Shown here piece by piece: positions 1-10,024 of a stretch of DNA of 64,000 bases (position 1 is the first letter of the stretch; every line of letters begins with the position of its first letter). The notes below the pieces were generated by a model. It searched no databases, had not been told where the DNA came from, and saw only the letters and a list, made by a program, of their open reading frames with translations. The translations under genes and the position numbers were made by a program. Source of the DNA: a virus; the IMG/VR virus record IMGVR_UViG_3300001530_000094, one strand, 5' to 3'.

Positions 1-564
1 TGTATAAACAGAGGACATGAATCAGTGTTAGAGCATGAAAAAATTACAATAACAATGATTTGTGATATTGGAGTATACAAAGATTTAACAAGACATAGAT
101 TAGCAAGTTATTCAATTGAAAGCACAAGATATTGTAACTATAGTAAAGATAAATTTGACAATCAAATTAAATTTATAAAACCAATATTTTATAAAGACTG
201 GAAAAATGAAGACTTAAATGAAGTAATTAAAGACAAAGATTTATACAAGTGTTATTTATGGGAAAATTGTATGCAAAATATAGAGCAAGACTACAATGCA
301 ATGTCTGAAGTTGGAGCATTACCTGATGAAATGAGAATGCTACTTCCTCATAGTACAGCAGCTAAAGTTACAATGACAGCTAACATAAGAGAATGGAAAC
401 ACATTTTATCACTAAGATGTAGTAATCACGCTCATCCAGCAATACAACAATTATTAATACCATTTTTATTAAAACTTAAAGAAGAAATGCCTGAAATTTT
501 TAATGATGTAGACTACAATGAAAATTTTCCAGAAGAAAAATATGCAAAATTAGTTATTTTATAG
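1..564 (+). CDS. thyX: FAD-dependent thymidylate synthase ThyX (5' truncated by window edge)
   Basis: Frame is open from base 1 (CINRGHESVLEHEKITITM...); ThyX motif RHRLASYSIESTRYCNYS. The track's GTG start at 25 is internal. Confidence 0.93.
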   Translation, partial: CINRGHESVLEHEKITITMICDIGVYKDLTRHRLASYSIESTRYCNYSKDKFDNQIKFIKPIFYKDWKNEDLNEVIKDKDLYKCYLWENCMQNIEQDYNAMSEVGALPDEMRMLLPHSTAAKVTMTANIREWKHILSLRCSNHAHPAIQQLLIPFLLKLKEEMPEIFNDVDYNENFPEEKYAKLVIL

Positions 565-574
565 GAGGAATAAG

Positions 575-772
575 ATGAAAGATAAATATAGATTCATATT
601 ATATCTTATAAGGTGGCAACTAAGTACTCCAATTTTAGCTTTATGTCTTAATCTACTACACTTTAATATTTTAGTGAATACTATAATAGCTAACTTAATT
701 GGAGGTATAATATTTTATTGGGTAGACAAATATATTTTTAATAAGGAGAGAAAAAATGATAGAGAAGAATGA
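575..772 (+). CDS. small membrane protein
   Basis: 65 aa ORF with hydrophobic segments and RBS aggagga. Confidence 0.6.
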   Translation: MKDKYRFILYLIRWQLSTPILALCLNLLHFNILVNTIIANLIGGIIFYWVDKYIFNKERKNDREE

Positions 773-968
773 TTTAGAAAAACTAGCAACTTTAATTAGT
801 GAAAAACTACCTGCAGGATATGGATTTTGTTTATTAACTTTTCCATTTTATAGAGAGGGAGACGAAAGATTACAATATGTATCTAGCGGAAGAAGAGATG
901 ATATAGTAAACGTTATGGAAGAATGGATAGAAAAAGTTAAAAATGAAAATTTTGGAAAGGATGTATAA
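756..968 (+). CDS. hypothetical protein
   Basis: ORF in a tightly packed operon. Confidence 0.6.
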   Translation: MIEKNDLEKLATLISEKLPAGYGFCLLTFPFYREGDERLQYVSSGRRDDIVNVMEEWIEKVKNENFGKDV

Positions 969-970
969 TT

Positions 971-2287
971 ATGGAAGAAAAAATGAGTTATGATGAATGG
1001 TTAGACTCTAGAACTTACGAATACTTTATTGATTTAGAGAAAAAAAGACAGGATGAAAATATTGAACTAATAGCAAGTGAGAATTTTCCAAGTGAAAGGA
1101 TTCTAAATGCTGCAGGAAGTATACTCACAAATAAATACTCTGAAGGTTATCCTGGAAAGAGATATTACGGAGGATGTTATCATATAGATGAAATAGAACA
1201 AAAAGCTATAAATGATGCTTGTAAATTATTTCATGCTAATTTTGCAAATGTACAACCTCATTGTGGAAGTTCAGCAAATCAAGCTGTATATAGAGCATTA
1301 TTAGAACATGGAGACACAGTTTTAGGGATGGACTTAGGAGCTGGAGGACATTTAACACATGGACATAAGATGAGTTTTTCAGGACAAGACTATAACATAG
1401 TTTCTTATGGTGTAAATGAGGAAGGTTATATTGACTTAGAAGACTTTACTAAGAAGTTATATGAGTATGAACCTAAGATGGTAATTGTAGGAGCTAGTTC
1501 ATATTCTAGACTAATTGATTATGAAATATTTTTAAATATACTATATAACTTTGAGAAAGATAAAGGATGGAGACCATATTATATGGTAGATATGGCACAT
1601 GTTGCAGGACTAGTAGCTGGAGGAGTTCATCCTAATCCAGTAAATTATGCAGATGTAGTAACTTCTACTACTCATAAAACATTAAGAGGACCTAGAGGTG
1701 GACTTATTCTTTGGAATAGTAATGAATTAACAAAAAAGATAAATTCTGCTGTATTTCCTGGAATACAAGGTGGTCCATTAGAGCATATTATTTGTGCAAA
1801 AGGAATATGTTTTGAAGAAGCAATGAGACCGGAATTTGAAAGATATGCTAATCAAGTAATAGCAAATTCAAAAGTATTTGCTAATAAGTTTATAGAAAAT
1901 GGGTGGAAAGTGGTTTCTAATGGAACTGATAATCACATGTTTGTTTTAAACGTTATGGACTCAATTGGATTAACAGGAAAAGAAGTAGAGACAGAATTAG
2001 ATAAAATAAACATAACAGTAAATAAGAATCAAACTCCTAATGACCCATTACCTCCATTAAAATCTTCTGGAGTAAGAATTGGAACTGCAGCAATGACTAC
2101 AAAAGGCTGGTTAGAAGAAGATTTTGAAGAATTAGCTCAGACTATAATGACTTTTCTAGATGAAGTTGCTATGGAAGCAAATGGAGAAGCTAGAGGAATC
2201 TCAGTAGATTATGATGAATATAAAGAAAGAGTAAAATCTCTTTCAAATAAAGTTAAAGAAAGAAATAATCACAAAAAAGAGGTATAA
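971..2287 (+). CDS. glyA: serine hydroxymethyltransferase
   Basis: 438 aa; PLP-lysine motif TSTTHKTLRGPRGG, HCGSSANQAVYRALL, YSRLIDY. Confidence 0.95.
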   Translation: MEEKMSYDEWLDSRTYEYFIDLEKKRQDENIELIASENFPSERILNAAGSILTNKYSEGYPGKRYYGGCYHIDEIEQKAINDACKLFHANFANVQPHCGSSANQAVYRALLEHGDTVLGMDLGAGGHLTHGHKMSFSGQDYNIVSYGVNEEGYIDLEDFTKKLYEYEPKMVIVGASSYSRLIDYEIFLNILYNFEKDKGWRPYYMVDMAHVAGLVAGGVHPNPVNYADVVTSTTHKTLRGPRGGLILWNSNELTKKINSAVFPGIQGGPLEHIICAKGICFEEAMRPEFERYANQVIANSKVFANKFIENGWKVVSNGTDNHMFVLNVMDSIGLTGKEVETELDKINITVNKNQTPNDPLPPLKSSGVRIGTAAMTTKGWLEEDFEELAQTIMTFLDEVAMEANGEARGISVDYDEYKERVKSLSNKVKERNNHKKEV

Positions 2288-2289
2288 TA

Positions 2290-2970
2290 ATGAATAGAAA
2301 TGATTTAAGAAGATTAGAAAAAGCAGCTAGAGAGAAAGATAAAAAGTATTTAGCCGAGTGGGCAGATGATTTTGAAAATCAGTTAAGATATTTAATGAGA
2401 AAAGAGTATGAAGCTAGATATCAAGATGAAATAGAGAGTTCAATTGAAAACTTTTTATTAGCTACAGCTTATACTGCAGTGTTTAGTGAGTCAACTAATC
2501 TTCTTAAGTCTGGTAATCTTCCAGATTTTATGGAAGATTTATTTGTTACTATTGACTTATTTAGAACTGGAGAGTATAAACCTAAAGAATATGAAGAAAT
2601 ATTAAAAGAAAATGGTTTTGAAATGGATAAAATGAAATATAAGCCTAGAGAACATAAAGTTATTACACTGTGTGGAAGTACTAAATTCAAGGAAGATTTT
2701 CTAAGAAAGCAAGAAGAACTTACTCTAAAAGGTTATATTGTTTTATCTGTAGGTGTATTTGTTCATGATGATAACATAGAGGTAACTGAAGAGCAAAAAG
2801 TAGAGTTAGATAAAATACATAAAGATAAAATAAGAATGTCTGATGCAATTTATGTAATAAATAAAGATAATTACATAGGAGAGTCTACTAAATCAGAAAT
2901 TGAATTTGCTAAAGAATTAAATAAAACAGTGATGTATATGGAGGAAGAGGAAAAGTATGGAAAGAATTGA
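2290..2970 (+). CDS. two-domain protein with C-terminal nucleoside 2-deoxyribosyltransferase-like domain
   Basis: C-terminal VITLCGSTKFKEDFLRKQEELTLKGYIVLSVGVF...ESTKSEIEFAKELNKTV. Confidence 0.7.
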   Translation: MNRNDLRRLEKAAREKDKKYLAEWADDFENQLRYLMRKEYEARYQDEIESSIENFLLATAYTAVFSESTNLLKSGNLPDFMEDLFVTIDLFRTGEYKPKEYEEILKENGFEMDKMKYKPREHKVITLCGSTKFKEDFLRKQEELTLKGYIVLSVGVFVHDDNIEVTEEQKVELDKIHKDKIRMSDAIYVINKDNYIGESTKSEIEFAKELNKTVMYMEEEEKYGKN

Positions 2971-3436
2971 TAAAATAAACTACTACTTGAATATCGCTGA
3001 GTCTGTCTCAGAAAGAAGCACTTGTTTAAAGAAACATTGGGGTTCTATAATTGTTAAAAATGATGAAATAATATCTACTGGCTTTAATGGAGCTCCTAGA
3101 GGAGTTAAAAGTTGCTTAGAATGTAATAAGTGTAATAGAGAAAATTCTGAAAGAGGTTCAGATTATAATCAATGTTTGGCTGTACATTCAGAGCAAAATG
3201 CGATAATACATGCTAGTAGAAATCAAATGCTGGAATCAGACATGTACTTAGTAGGAGTAGATTTTACAAATAACAATAAATATGTAGAAAACGCAGCTCC
3301 TTGCGCTTTATGCAAAAGAATGATAATAAATGCAGGCATTAAAAGAGTAATAGTTAGAGACAATAAACTAGAGTATAGAACACTGAATGTAGATGACTGG
3401 GTAAAAGATTCTAATATTCTATTAGGAGGTTATTAA
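2957..3436 (+). CDS. dCMP deaminase
   Basis: Zn motifs HSEQNAIIHA and PCALCKRMIINAG. Confidence 0.92.
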   Translation: MERIDKINYYLNIAESVSERSTCLKKHWGSIIVKNDEIISTGFNGAPRGVKSCLECNKCNRENSERGSDYNQCLAVHSEQNAIIHASRNQMLESDMYLVGVDFTNNNKYVENAAPCALCKRMIINAGIKRVIVRDNKLEYRTLNVDDWVKDSNILLGGY

Positions 3437-3437
3437 A

Positions 3438-3749
3438 ATGGCTAAAGTAACTTATGAATTTAATGAGAGTGAAGAAGATAGAGACATAGAACTAGTAAAT
3501 GCTAGATATAAGATGATAAATGCTTTAAATGAGTTACAGAATTTTAGAAGAAAACTATACAAAGGTTGGCTAAGTAGTGAAGATATGATAAATGTAAAAG
3601 ATAATAAAGTTCTTACAAAAGAAGATTATGACAAGCTACATGAAGAAGGAAAACTATACTTTGAAGGCACTAAGAGATATATTAGTTATGATTATGTAGA
3701 ACAGAAAATAGACTATATCCTTAATGATATATCATTTTTGATAGACTAA
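3438..3749 (+). CDS. hypothetical protein
   Basis: ORF and operon context. Confidence 0.6.
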   Translation: MAKVTYEFNESEEDRDIELVNARYKMINALNELQNFRRKLYKGWLSSEDMINVKDNKVLTKEDYDKLHEEGKLYFEGTKRYISYDYVEQKIDYILNDISFLID

Positions 3750-3776
3750 TATACATTATATTAGGAGGTACAACTA

Positions 3777-4028
3777 ATGATTATAGATGCCGCGATTTTA
3801 AAAGATAGTACCATCTACTCAGGAAGAAGGCATTTTATTATTATAAATAATGCTGAAAAAGGATTTTTTGAAGAAAATAGTGTTCAAGGCTTTATCACAG
3901 ACTCAGGAGAGTTCTTAGATAGAGAACAAGCTTTAGAACATGCATATAAGTGTAATCAAATTTCAAAGGCACTTTATAAAGAAAGAGTAAAATATAGTAA
4001 AGAATTATTCTCAGAAGATTTATGGTAA
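3777..4028 (+). CDS. hypothetical protein
   Basis: ORF with aggaggt RBS. Confidence 0.6.
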   Translation: MIIDAAILKDSTIYSGRRHFIIINNAEKGFFEENSVQGFITDSGEFLDREQALEHAYKCNQISKALYKERVKYSKELFSEDLW

Positions 4029-4043
4029 TTTAGGAGGAAATAA

Positions 4044-5006
4044 GTGAAAGCTATTGATGAAAATTATATAATTGAAAGATATGAAGAAAATAATAAAACA
4101 CCAGTATTTATAGATTTATCAAATGTTGCTTATAGAAGTGCGTTTGTATTTACTCCAGATAAATTTAAAACTTCACAAGGAATACCTAATGGTCATCTTT
4201 TTGGAGTTTGCCAAGTTATAAAAACTTTATTAAACTTAAATTATGAGGTATACTTATGCAGAGATTTACAATCTAATTTTAGAAAGAAACTAAATGAAAA
4301 CTATAAAGCAAATAGACAAACTGAAGATTCAGGAATCAGTGTTCATAGTTTATTAAATAGAGCAATAAATCCTTTAATAAGTGAACTTCAAAATGTACAT
4401 GTACTATCTAAAACTAATTTTGAAGCTGACGACATAATGTTTTCAGCTTCAAAGTGCTGTAGTTACCATAATATTAAATGTTGGATAATGTCTACAGATA
4501 AAGACTTGTGTCAAGCTTTAGACAATAATATATCTATAGCTCATAAATTTACTATTAAGGGTCCTCAAGAAATAGTTACTACAGAAAGTGAATATTATAT
4601 AAAAAATTTTGGAGATATAGAACCTAGATGTTTACCACTTTATAGAGCATTTAAAGGAGATGCTTCAGATAATTTGGAGGCTCCTGTGAAAAGATTTCCG
4701 AAAGATTTGTTAGAAGAACTGTGTAAAGATTATGCAGATAAAAACTACTCAGATGAAATAGCAGTTCTTTTATTGAGTCATAAATGTAGTAAGAAATCAC
4801 ATGAAAAATGGATGAAACAACTAACTACTGATAGAGATATATTTATTCAACTGTATAATAACTATAGAATTATGAAATTAAATCCAATTCCGATAGAAGT
4901 AGAAGATGAACCTTTAGTAGAAAATGCATTTAATATAATAACAGACGAGTTTGAACTATGGGGATTCAAAAAGTTTGTGAAAGAATATAATTTAGGAGGT
5001 AACTAG
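4044..5006 (+). CDS. 5'-3' exonuclease / RNase H (T4 Rnh-like flap nuclease)
   Basis: FIDLSNVAYRSAF, YKANRQ, FEADDIM, IMSTDKDLCQAL, FKGDASDN. Confidence 0.85.
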   Translation: MKAIDENYIIERYEENNKTPVFIDLSNVAYRSAFVFTPDKFKTSQGIPNGHLFGVCQVIKTLLNLNYEVYLCRDLQSNFRKKLNENYKANRQTEDSGISVHSLLNRAINPLISELQNVHVLSKTNFEADDIMFSASKCCSYHNIKCWIMSTDKDLCQALDNNISIAHKFTIKGPQEIVTTESEYYIKNFGDIEPRCLPLYRAFKGDASDNLEAPVKRFPKDLLEELCKDYADKNYSDEIAVLLLSHKCSKKSHEKWMKQLTTDRDIFIQLYNNYRIMKLNPIPIEVEDEPLVENAFNIITDEFELWGFKKFVKEYNLGGN

Positions 5007-5336
5007 ATGCACCAGAATGACTCAGAATTAAATAAAAATAATGAACAATGGAATTATATATCTGTAATATTTGAAAATGTACATTATCCATTTGATTATC
5101 CGAAAGTACTAAATGATAGTTCTTTTAGAAATGAAATTTATGGAAGAGCTATAAAATACACTTATAAAGTTAAAGACGGAAAGATTCCTAATTTGGTAGA
5201 GGGTAGAATACTTTCAATAAATAATAGGGATAGAATTTCTAGAGTTTTAGTAACTAATATAGGACTAAAAGAATCAGATATAACTTTTCCTATAGATAAA
5301 ATTAAAGAACTTCCATTGTATAAAGGAGAGAAATAA
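5007..5336 (+). CDS. hypothetical protein
   Basis: ORF. Confidence 0.55.
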   Translation: MHQNDSELNKNNEQWNYISVIFENVHYPFDYPKVLNDSSFRNEIYGRAIKYTYKVKDGKIPNLVEGRILSINNRDRISRVLVTNIGLKESDITFPIDKIKELPLYKGEK

Positions 5337-5626
5337 TGTATATTCAAACAAAGTATAATATAGGAGATAGAATTTGGGTAGTTTATGAACAAATGCTTTA
5401 CACTGAACATTACAGAGGTCCAGCTGGAGAAGTTACAGTATATTCAACAAAAATAGTAGATATATTATTCCCTAAAAGTGGGAAAATAGAGTACGGAACA
5501 GACACAGAAGGAGGAGATTCTATCTTAGAAGAAGATATAATTTTGTATGATGATTTAGATTTATTAGCTAAAAGAGTAAAAGAATTGGATGATAAAATAA
5601 GAAAAAGAGAGGAGAATGAGGAATGA
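5336..5626 (+). CDS. hypothetical protein
   Basis: ORF. Confidence 0.55.
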   Translation: MYIQTKYNIGDRIWVVYEQMLYTEHYRGPAGEVTVYSTKIVDILFPKSGKIEYGTDTEGGDSILEEDIILYDDLDLLAKRVKELDDKIRKREENEE

Positions 5627-6657
5627 AATTAGTATTTGTGGGAGATACTCATTTAACTCCAGTGTCTCCGTCTTCTCGTAAAGAGACAAATGAAGAATAT
5701 AGAGATTTAGAGTTTAAAAAGCTAAAATATATTTATGAAAATATAGCTTCAGAAAAGAATGATAAGGTTATAATTACAGGAGATGTTTTTCATTCTTCTT
5801 CATTATCCATGATGGCTGGAACTCCTAAGTTTTATAACGACATAATAGACTTAATGAGTACAAGAGAGACATACTCTATTATTGGAAATCATGATATGTA
5901 TTATAGAAATGAAGATAGTGAAAATTCTACTATTTTAGCAAATTTATTTAAAACTAGCGTACAACACTTAGACAAAGTAGAATTTAATACACAATCTTAT
6001 AGGTATGATAGTAACTTTGGAGTAAATCAAGTATTTAATAGAACAATAAGACTTTATGGTGTAGATTATATGAAAGACTTCCCTAAGTTACATTTTGTAG
6101 ATGATGCATATAATATTATAGTAACACATTCATTTTTTGAAGATAATTTTTATGGAGCTAAAGGTAATGAAAACCTAACAATAGAAGCAATACAAAATAT
6201 TTTAGGAAAATATGATGCAGTAGTTTTAGGACATGACCATTCACCATATCCAATTATAGATATAGATAATACTCTTACACATAATAGTAAGACTAAAATT
6301 ATTAGACCTGGAAGTTTGATGAGAGGAACTTCTCATACTTGTCAAGTAAACAGAATACCTCAGGTTGCAGTATTTGATACAAACACTTTAAATTGGGAAT
6401 ATGTTCAAATTCCAGTAGCTCCAGGACAAGAAGTATTTAAAGAGAAAGTAATTTTAGAAAAAGAATTAGATGTAAATATGGAAACTATTTTAAAAAATAT
6501 AGATAGCTATGATAAATCAGTTGGCATTTATAACTTTATAAAATCTCAAGAGACTAGAGGTAAAGAAGTATTCGGAGATAGATATTATGACATAATAAAT
6601 TTAATAAAGCAGTATCTAAATAGCTTTGGCTTTATAGAAAATGGAGGGAATAAATGA
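5623..6657 (+). CDS. SbcD/T4 gp47-like metallophosphoesterase
   Basis: VFVGDTHLTP, ITGDVFH, GNHDMYYR, VVLGHDHSP. Confidence 0.88.
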   Translation: MKLVFVGDTHLTPVSPSSRKETNEEYRDLEFKKLKYIYENIASEKNDKVIITGDVFHSSSLSMMAGTPKFYNDIIDLMSTRETYSIIGNHDMYYRNEDSENSTILANLFKTSVQHLDKVEFNTQSYRYDSNFGVNQVFNRTIRLYGVDYMKDFPKLHFVDDAYNIIVTHSFFEDNFYGAKGNENLTIEAIQNILGKYDAVVLGHDHSPYPIIDIDNTLTHNSKTKIIRPGSLMRGTSHTCQVNRIPQVAVFDTNTLNWEYVQIPVAPGQEVFKEKVILEKELDVNMETILKNIDSYDKSVGIYNFIKSQETRGKEVFGDRYYDIINLIKQYLNSFGFIENGGNK

Positions 6658-6971
6658 CACTTCAAAACTTGAAAGATGAAATTACTGAAAAAGGTGAAAT
6701 TCCTATGTATGGTATGAAATTTAGACTTCTAGATGATGATTTAGTTAGGATTTTTATTTCTAATAATAAATTTGAAATGAGATATGATAAATTTGTAGGT
6801 ACATCAGACCTAGGTTTTTCAACTAATATTATGAAGACAGAGTTAACTAAATTAACTATAGAGAAAGATGAAAAACTTCCTCATAAGATGATTTTAGTAA
6901 TTGATTTAAGACCTAAGAAAAAGAAGAAAGTAATTGATACAGGAATAAATGCAAGAATGAAATTAAATTGA
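6654..6971 (+). CDS. hypothetical protein
   Basis: ORF. Confidence 0.55.
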   Translation: MTLQNLKDEITEKGEIPMYGMKFRLLDDDLVRIFISNNKFEMRYDKFVGTSDLGFSTNIMKTELTKLTIEKDEKLPHKMILVIDLRPKKKKKVIDTGINARMKLN

Positions 6972-6985
6972 TTGGAGGTAATATT

Positions 6986-8152
6986 ATGAAAGCTTTGGCA
7001 ATGTATATATTTTGTGGAAGCTTAGGAATAGGAATAATGCAAGCAGGTTTTAAGATAGATAAAGTATTAGAAATAACTGATGAAATGTTGGAAGAAAATT
7101 CTAAACACTTTATTCATAACTATCCAGATATTCCCGTAATAAAGCCTTCATTATGGAATAATACTATTTATAAGAATGAATTATTCAAAGAAAATTATGA
7201 TTTATTAGCAGGTAATCCACCTTGTTCTGGACTATCTCAAATAAATAGACATGCTTCTTCAGACAATCTTACAAATCAATATATGTATAATTTTATAGAT
7301 ACAGTATCTTATGTACAACCTAAAACATTCCTAATGGAGAATGCTCCAACTTTAATTAGTAGAGGCAAAGTAATTTTAGACTATATGGTATCAATTCTTA
7401 GCAGTGATTACTACATATACATAATAAGAGACTATGCTGGAAATCATAAAGTTCCAATGAAAAGACAAAGAACAATAGTACTTGGTTTTAGGAAAAATTT
7501 CTTTGAAGGAGTTCCAGTCTTAAAAGATTATGAAGAAGTTACAGGTGAAATTACTGCTGGTGAAGTTTTATCAGAGATTTCTGAAAATTCTCCTAATATG
7601 TATTTAGAAGAGAATAGAAGTTGTAAAGATTTAGAGAAATATTTAGAATATATACAAGTAAATAAGTCAATAATGCATTCTTTATCAGAATTTTCTGAAG
7701 ATTTCATAAATAATTTAGATATATCTGAAAAAAGAAAGAAAAATATTTTAACTTTAAAAAGAAAGATGAATGCTGGTAAAGGAGTATTTGATAAAACACC
7801 GTTTAAACTTGATAAAAATTTGGTAGCTCCTAGTATGACATCTTTATCAGAATTTATAAATCCAGTATATGACAGACATTTATACATAAGAGAATATGCA
7901 AAACTTATGGGATATCCAGATGATTTTGAATTTGTAAAAGATGCAAAAGTTCCATACATTCAGTCTATAGCTCAGGGAGTTCCGGTGAATTTTGCAAAAT
8001 GGGCAGCTATGAATGTAAAAGATGCTCTAGAGAAGAAGTCTAAATTTTTAAAAGACATAGATATTGTAGTAGAAAATAGATGTAATCCTAAGAAGATAAA
8101 AACAATGTTTTATTCTAAGGAGAAATTTTTCAATACTGATAATATATGCTAA
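6986..8152 (+). CDS. DNA (cytosine-5) methyltransferase-like protein
   Basis: GSLGIGIMQAGF (motif I), AGNPPCSGLSQINR (PC motif IV), LMENAP (ENV-like motif), QRTIVLGFRK. Start moved to ATG 6986 behind ggaggt. Confidence 0.85.
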   Translation: MKALAMYIFCGSLGIGIMQAGFKIDKVLEITDEMLEENSKHFIHNYPDIPVIKPSLWNNTIYKNELFKENYDLLAGNPPCSGLSQINRHASSDNLTNQYMYNFIDTVSYVQPKTFLMENAPTLISRGKVILDYMVSILSSDYYIYIIRDYAGNHKVPMKRQRTIVLGFRKNFFEGVPVLKDYEEVTGEITAGEVLSEISENSPNMYLEENRSCKDLEKYLEYIQVNKSIMHSLSEFSEDFINNLDISEKRKKNILTLKRKMNAGKGVFDKTPFKLDKNLVAPSMTSLSEFINPVYDRHLYIREYAKLMGYPDDFEFVKDAKVPYIQSIAQGVPVNFAKWAAMNVKDALEKKSKFLKDIDIVVENRCNPKKIKTMFYSKEKFFNTDNIC

Positions 8153-8195
8153 AAGCATATTATTATATATAAAATATTTAAAAGGAGGAACCATT

Positions 8196-8474
8196 ATGGA
8201 TAAAATGGGAAAAACAGAATTTATTGATGCTGTTGCTAACAGAGCAGGAGTTACAAAGAAAGATACTTATGCAGTATATGAAGCAATAGTTTCAGAAATT
8301 ACTGAACAATTAGCTAACAGAAGAAAGGTTTCACTAGTTGGTTTTGGTAACTTTGAAGTAAGACATAGAAGCGCTAGACGCGGTGTAAATCCAACAACTA
8401 AAGAGAAAATAGATATTCCTGAGAAGGATGTTCCTAAATTTAGCTTTAGCTCAGCTATAAAGAACTCAATCTAA
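8196..8474 (+). CDS. hup: HU-family DNA-binding protein
   Basis: MGKTEFIDAVANRAGVTKKDTYAVYEAIV...GFGNFEVRHRSARRGVNPTTKEKIDIP. Confidence 0.95.
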   Translation: MDKMGKTEFIDAVANRAGVTKKDTYAVYEAIVSEITEQLANRRKVSLVGFGNFEVRHRSARRGVNPTTKEKIDIPEKDVPKFSFSSAIKNSI

Positions 8475-8491
8475 TTTAGAGAAAATTCAAG

Positions 8492-8530
8492 ATAGTGACA
8501 TATTATATAATAAGATATGTCACTATTTTT
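8492..8530 (+). terminator. intrinsic terminator
   Basis: atagtgacatat / atatgtcactat stem followed by T run, directly after HU. Confidence 0.75.
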
Positions 8531-8549
8531 GTGAAGAAAGGAGGTAAAT

Positions 8550-9656
8550 ATGGAGGACTTAAATTATTTAAGAACAGAATATAATTCTATAGTCTTAGAG
8601 AAAGATGAGCTTATAAAAACGTTAAACTTAGTTTCTAAAGTTTCTCATACTAATTCATCTTCTATAGAGTGTAGTTGTTTAACATTTATCCCAGACTGGA
8701 AAAGAAAGACTTTAACTTTAACAGTAACAAATGATTTAACATATTTTAAAAATAATGTAGAATTGTTAGGAGAAAGTGATAAAGCTCTTACAGATACATT
8801 TTCAATAAAAATAGAAACTCTTAATAAGATAAAGCAATTCTTTAGAAACAAGGTTCTAATTTATAAGAAAGAATCAGAATTTTATATTAGACTTTTAGAT
8901 GGGGACTTATTAATACACACAGCAACTCCTAATATGCAGAGACTTTATTTTACTTCATCTATTAATTCTTTAGTTTATGAAGCAAATGTAGAAGATTTTT
9001 GTAATATTTTATCAATATATGGTAATATGTCAGATGATTATTCAGATAAATGGCTATCGTTTGATACGGATAAAATAAGTTTGTGTGGTACAACTTTTTA
9101 TGCAGAAACAAAAATTAAAACACCTCTTATGTGTCTACTTATGTCAGATATAGAGTTAATAATAAAATTATCTCAGTATTACTCTTCAGACACTATACAA
9201 ATTTTTTCAACAGATTCAGTAAATTCTATACCTAGGTTACAAATAAAAGTCGCAAACATAGAGATAGAAGTGTTAAACGTACTATCAAGCATTAATAAAA
9301 CTACAATTAGTACTTTAACAACTTTTGTAGAAGAACCAACACACATAATAGAAACAGAAGCTGTGAAAAGAGTTATAAATATTGCTATGAGTTTAGTAGA
9401 TATAGAAAAAGATTTAAGAATTAAAATTTCTGATAAAGGTATAGTAATTATATTAAGAAGTTCTAAGGGTGACTCAGAATTTAACCTGAATACACAGAAG
9501 TTAAAAGAAAGTAGCAAAAAAGAAGTAGTTTTAAGTGTAAATACATTAAATAAAATAATAGGTTCTATAAATTCAGAGAAAATAGGAATTTGTTTAGGCA
9601 AAGTTTATACTAGCATTTCTTCTGAAAATACTAGAGCTATAATATTAAATAAGTAG
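8550..9656 (+). CDS. DnaN-like sliding clamp (divergent)
   Basis: 368 aa, three-domain clamp-like pattern, next to a DnaX-like loader; no diagnostic short motif. Confidence 0.5.
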   Translation: MEDLNYLRTEYNSIVLEKDELIKTLNLVSKVSHTNSSSIECSCLTFIPDWKRKTLTLTVTNDLTYFKNNVELLGESDKALTDTFSIKIETLNKIKQFFRNKVLIYKKESEFYIRLLDGDLLIHTATPNMQRLYFTSSINSLVYEANVEDFCNILSIYGNMSDDYSDKWLSFDTDKISLCGTTFYAETKIKTPLMCLLMSDIELIIKLSQYYSSDTIQIFSTDSVNSIPRLQIKVANIEIEVLNVLSSINKTTISTLTTFVEEPTHIIETEAVKRVINIAMSLVDIEKDLRIKISDKGIVIILRSSKGDSEFNLNTQKLKESSKKEVVLSVNTLNKIIGSINSEKIGICLGKVYTSISSENTRAIILNK

Positions 9657-9673
9657 AGAGGGTGAAGTATAGA

Positions 9674-10024
9674 ATGAGTATGCCTTTAAGTGAAGAAGAA
9701 AAAGAAAAACTTAAACTAATTAGAAAAAAGTTTAATAAAAATATTGATTCAAATCTAACTACAGAATTTATTGATAAAGTTATAGCAAATAAGATTATGT
9801 ATGGAGCAAATATTTTAGATTATAATGAAGCAATCAATTTTTGTAAAGAAAAAGACTTAAATGCAAATATTTTTAAAGCAATTTTATGTTATTCTATTAA
9901 AGGAGAGCCTAAAGTTTCTCAAAGTACGATAGGTAATTGGTTTAATGAAACTTCAGCATTAGGAGATAAAGTAAGATATATGGTAACTAAATACTATGAT
10001 GATATAATGAGGAGTAGAAAATGA
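9674..10024 (+). CDS. hypothetical protein
   Basis: ORF; ATG at 9674 preferred over the track start. Confidence 0.55.
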   Translation: MSMPLSEEEKEKLKLIRKKFNKNIDSNLTTEFIDKVIANKIMYGANILDYNEAINFCKEKDLNANIFKAILCYSIKGEPKVSQSTIGNWFNETSALGDKVRYMVTKYYDDIMRSRK

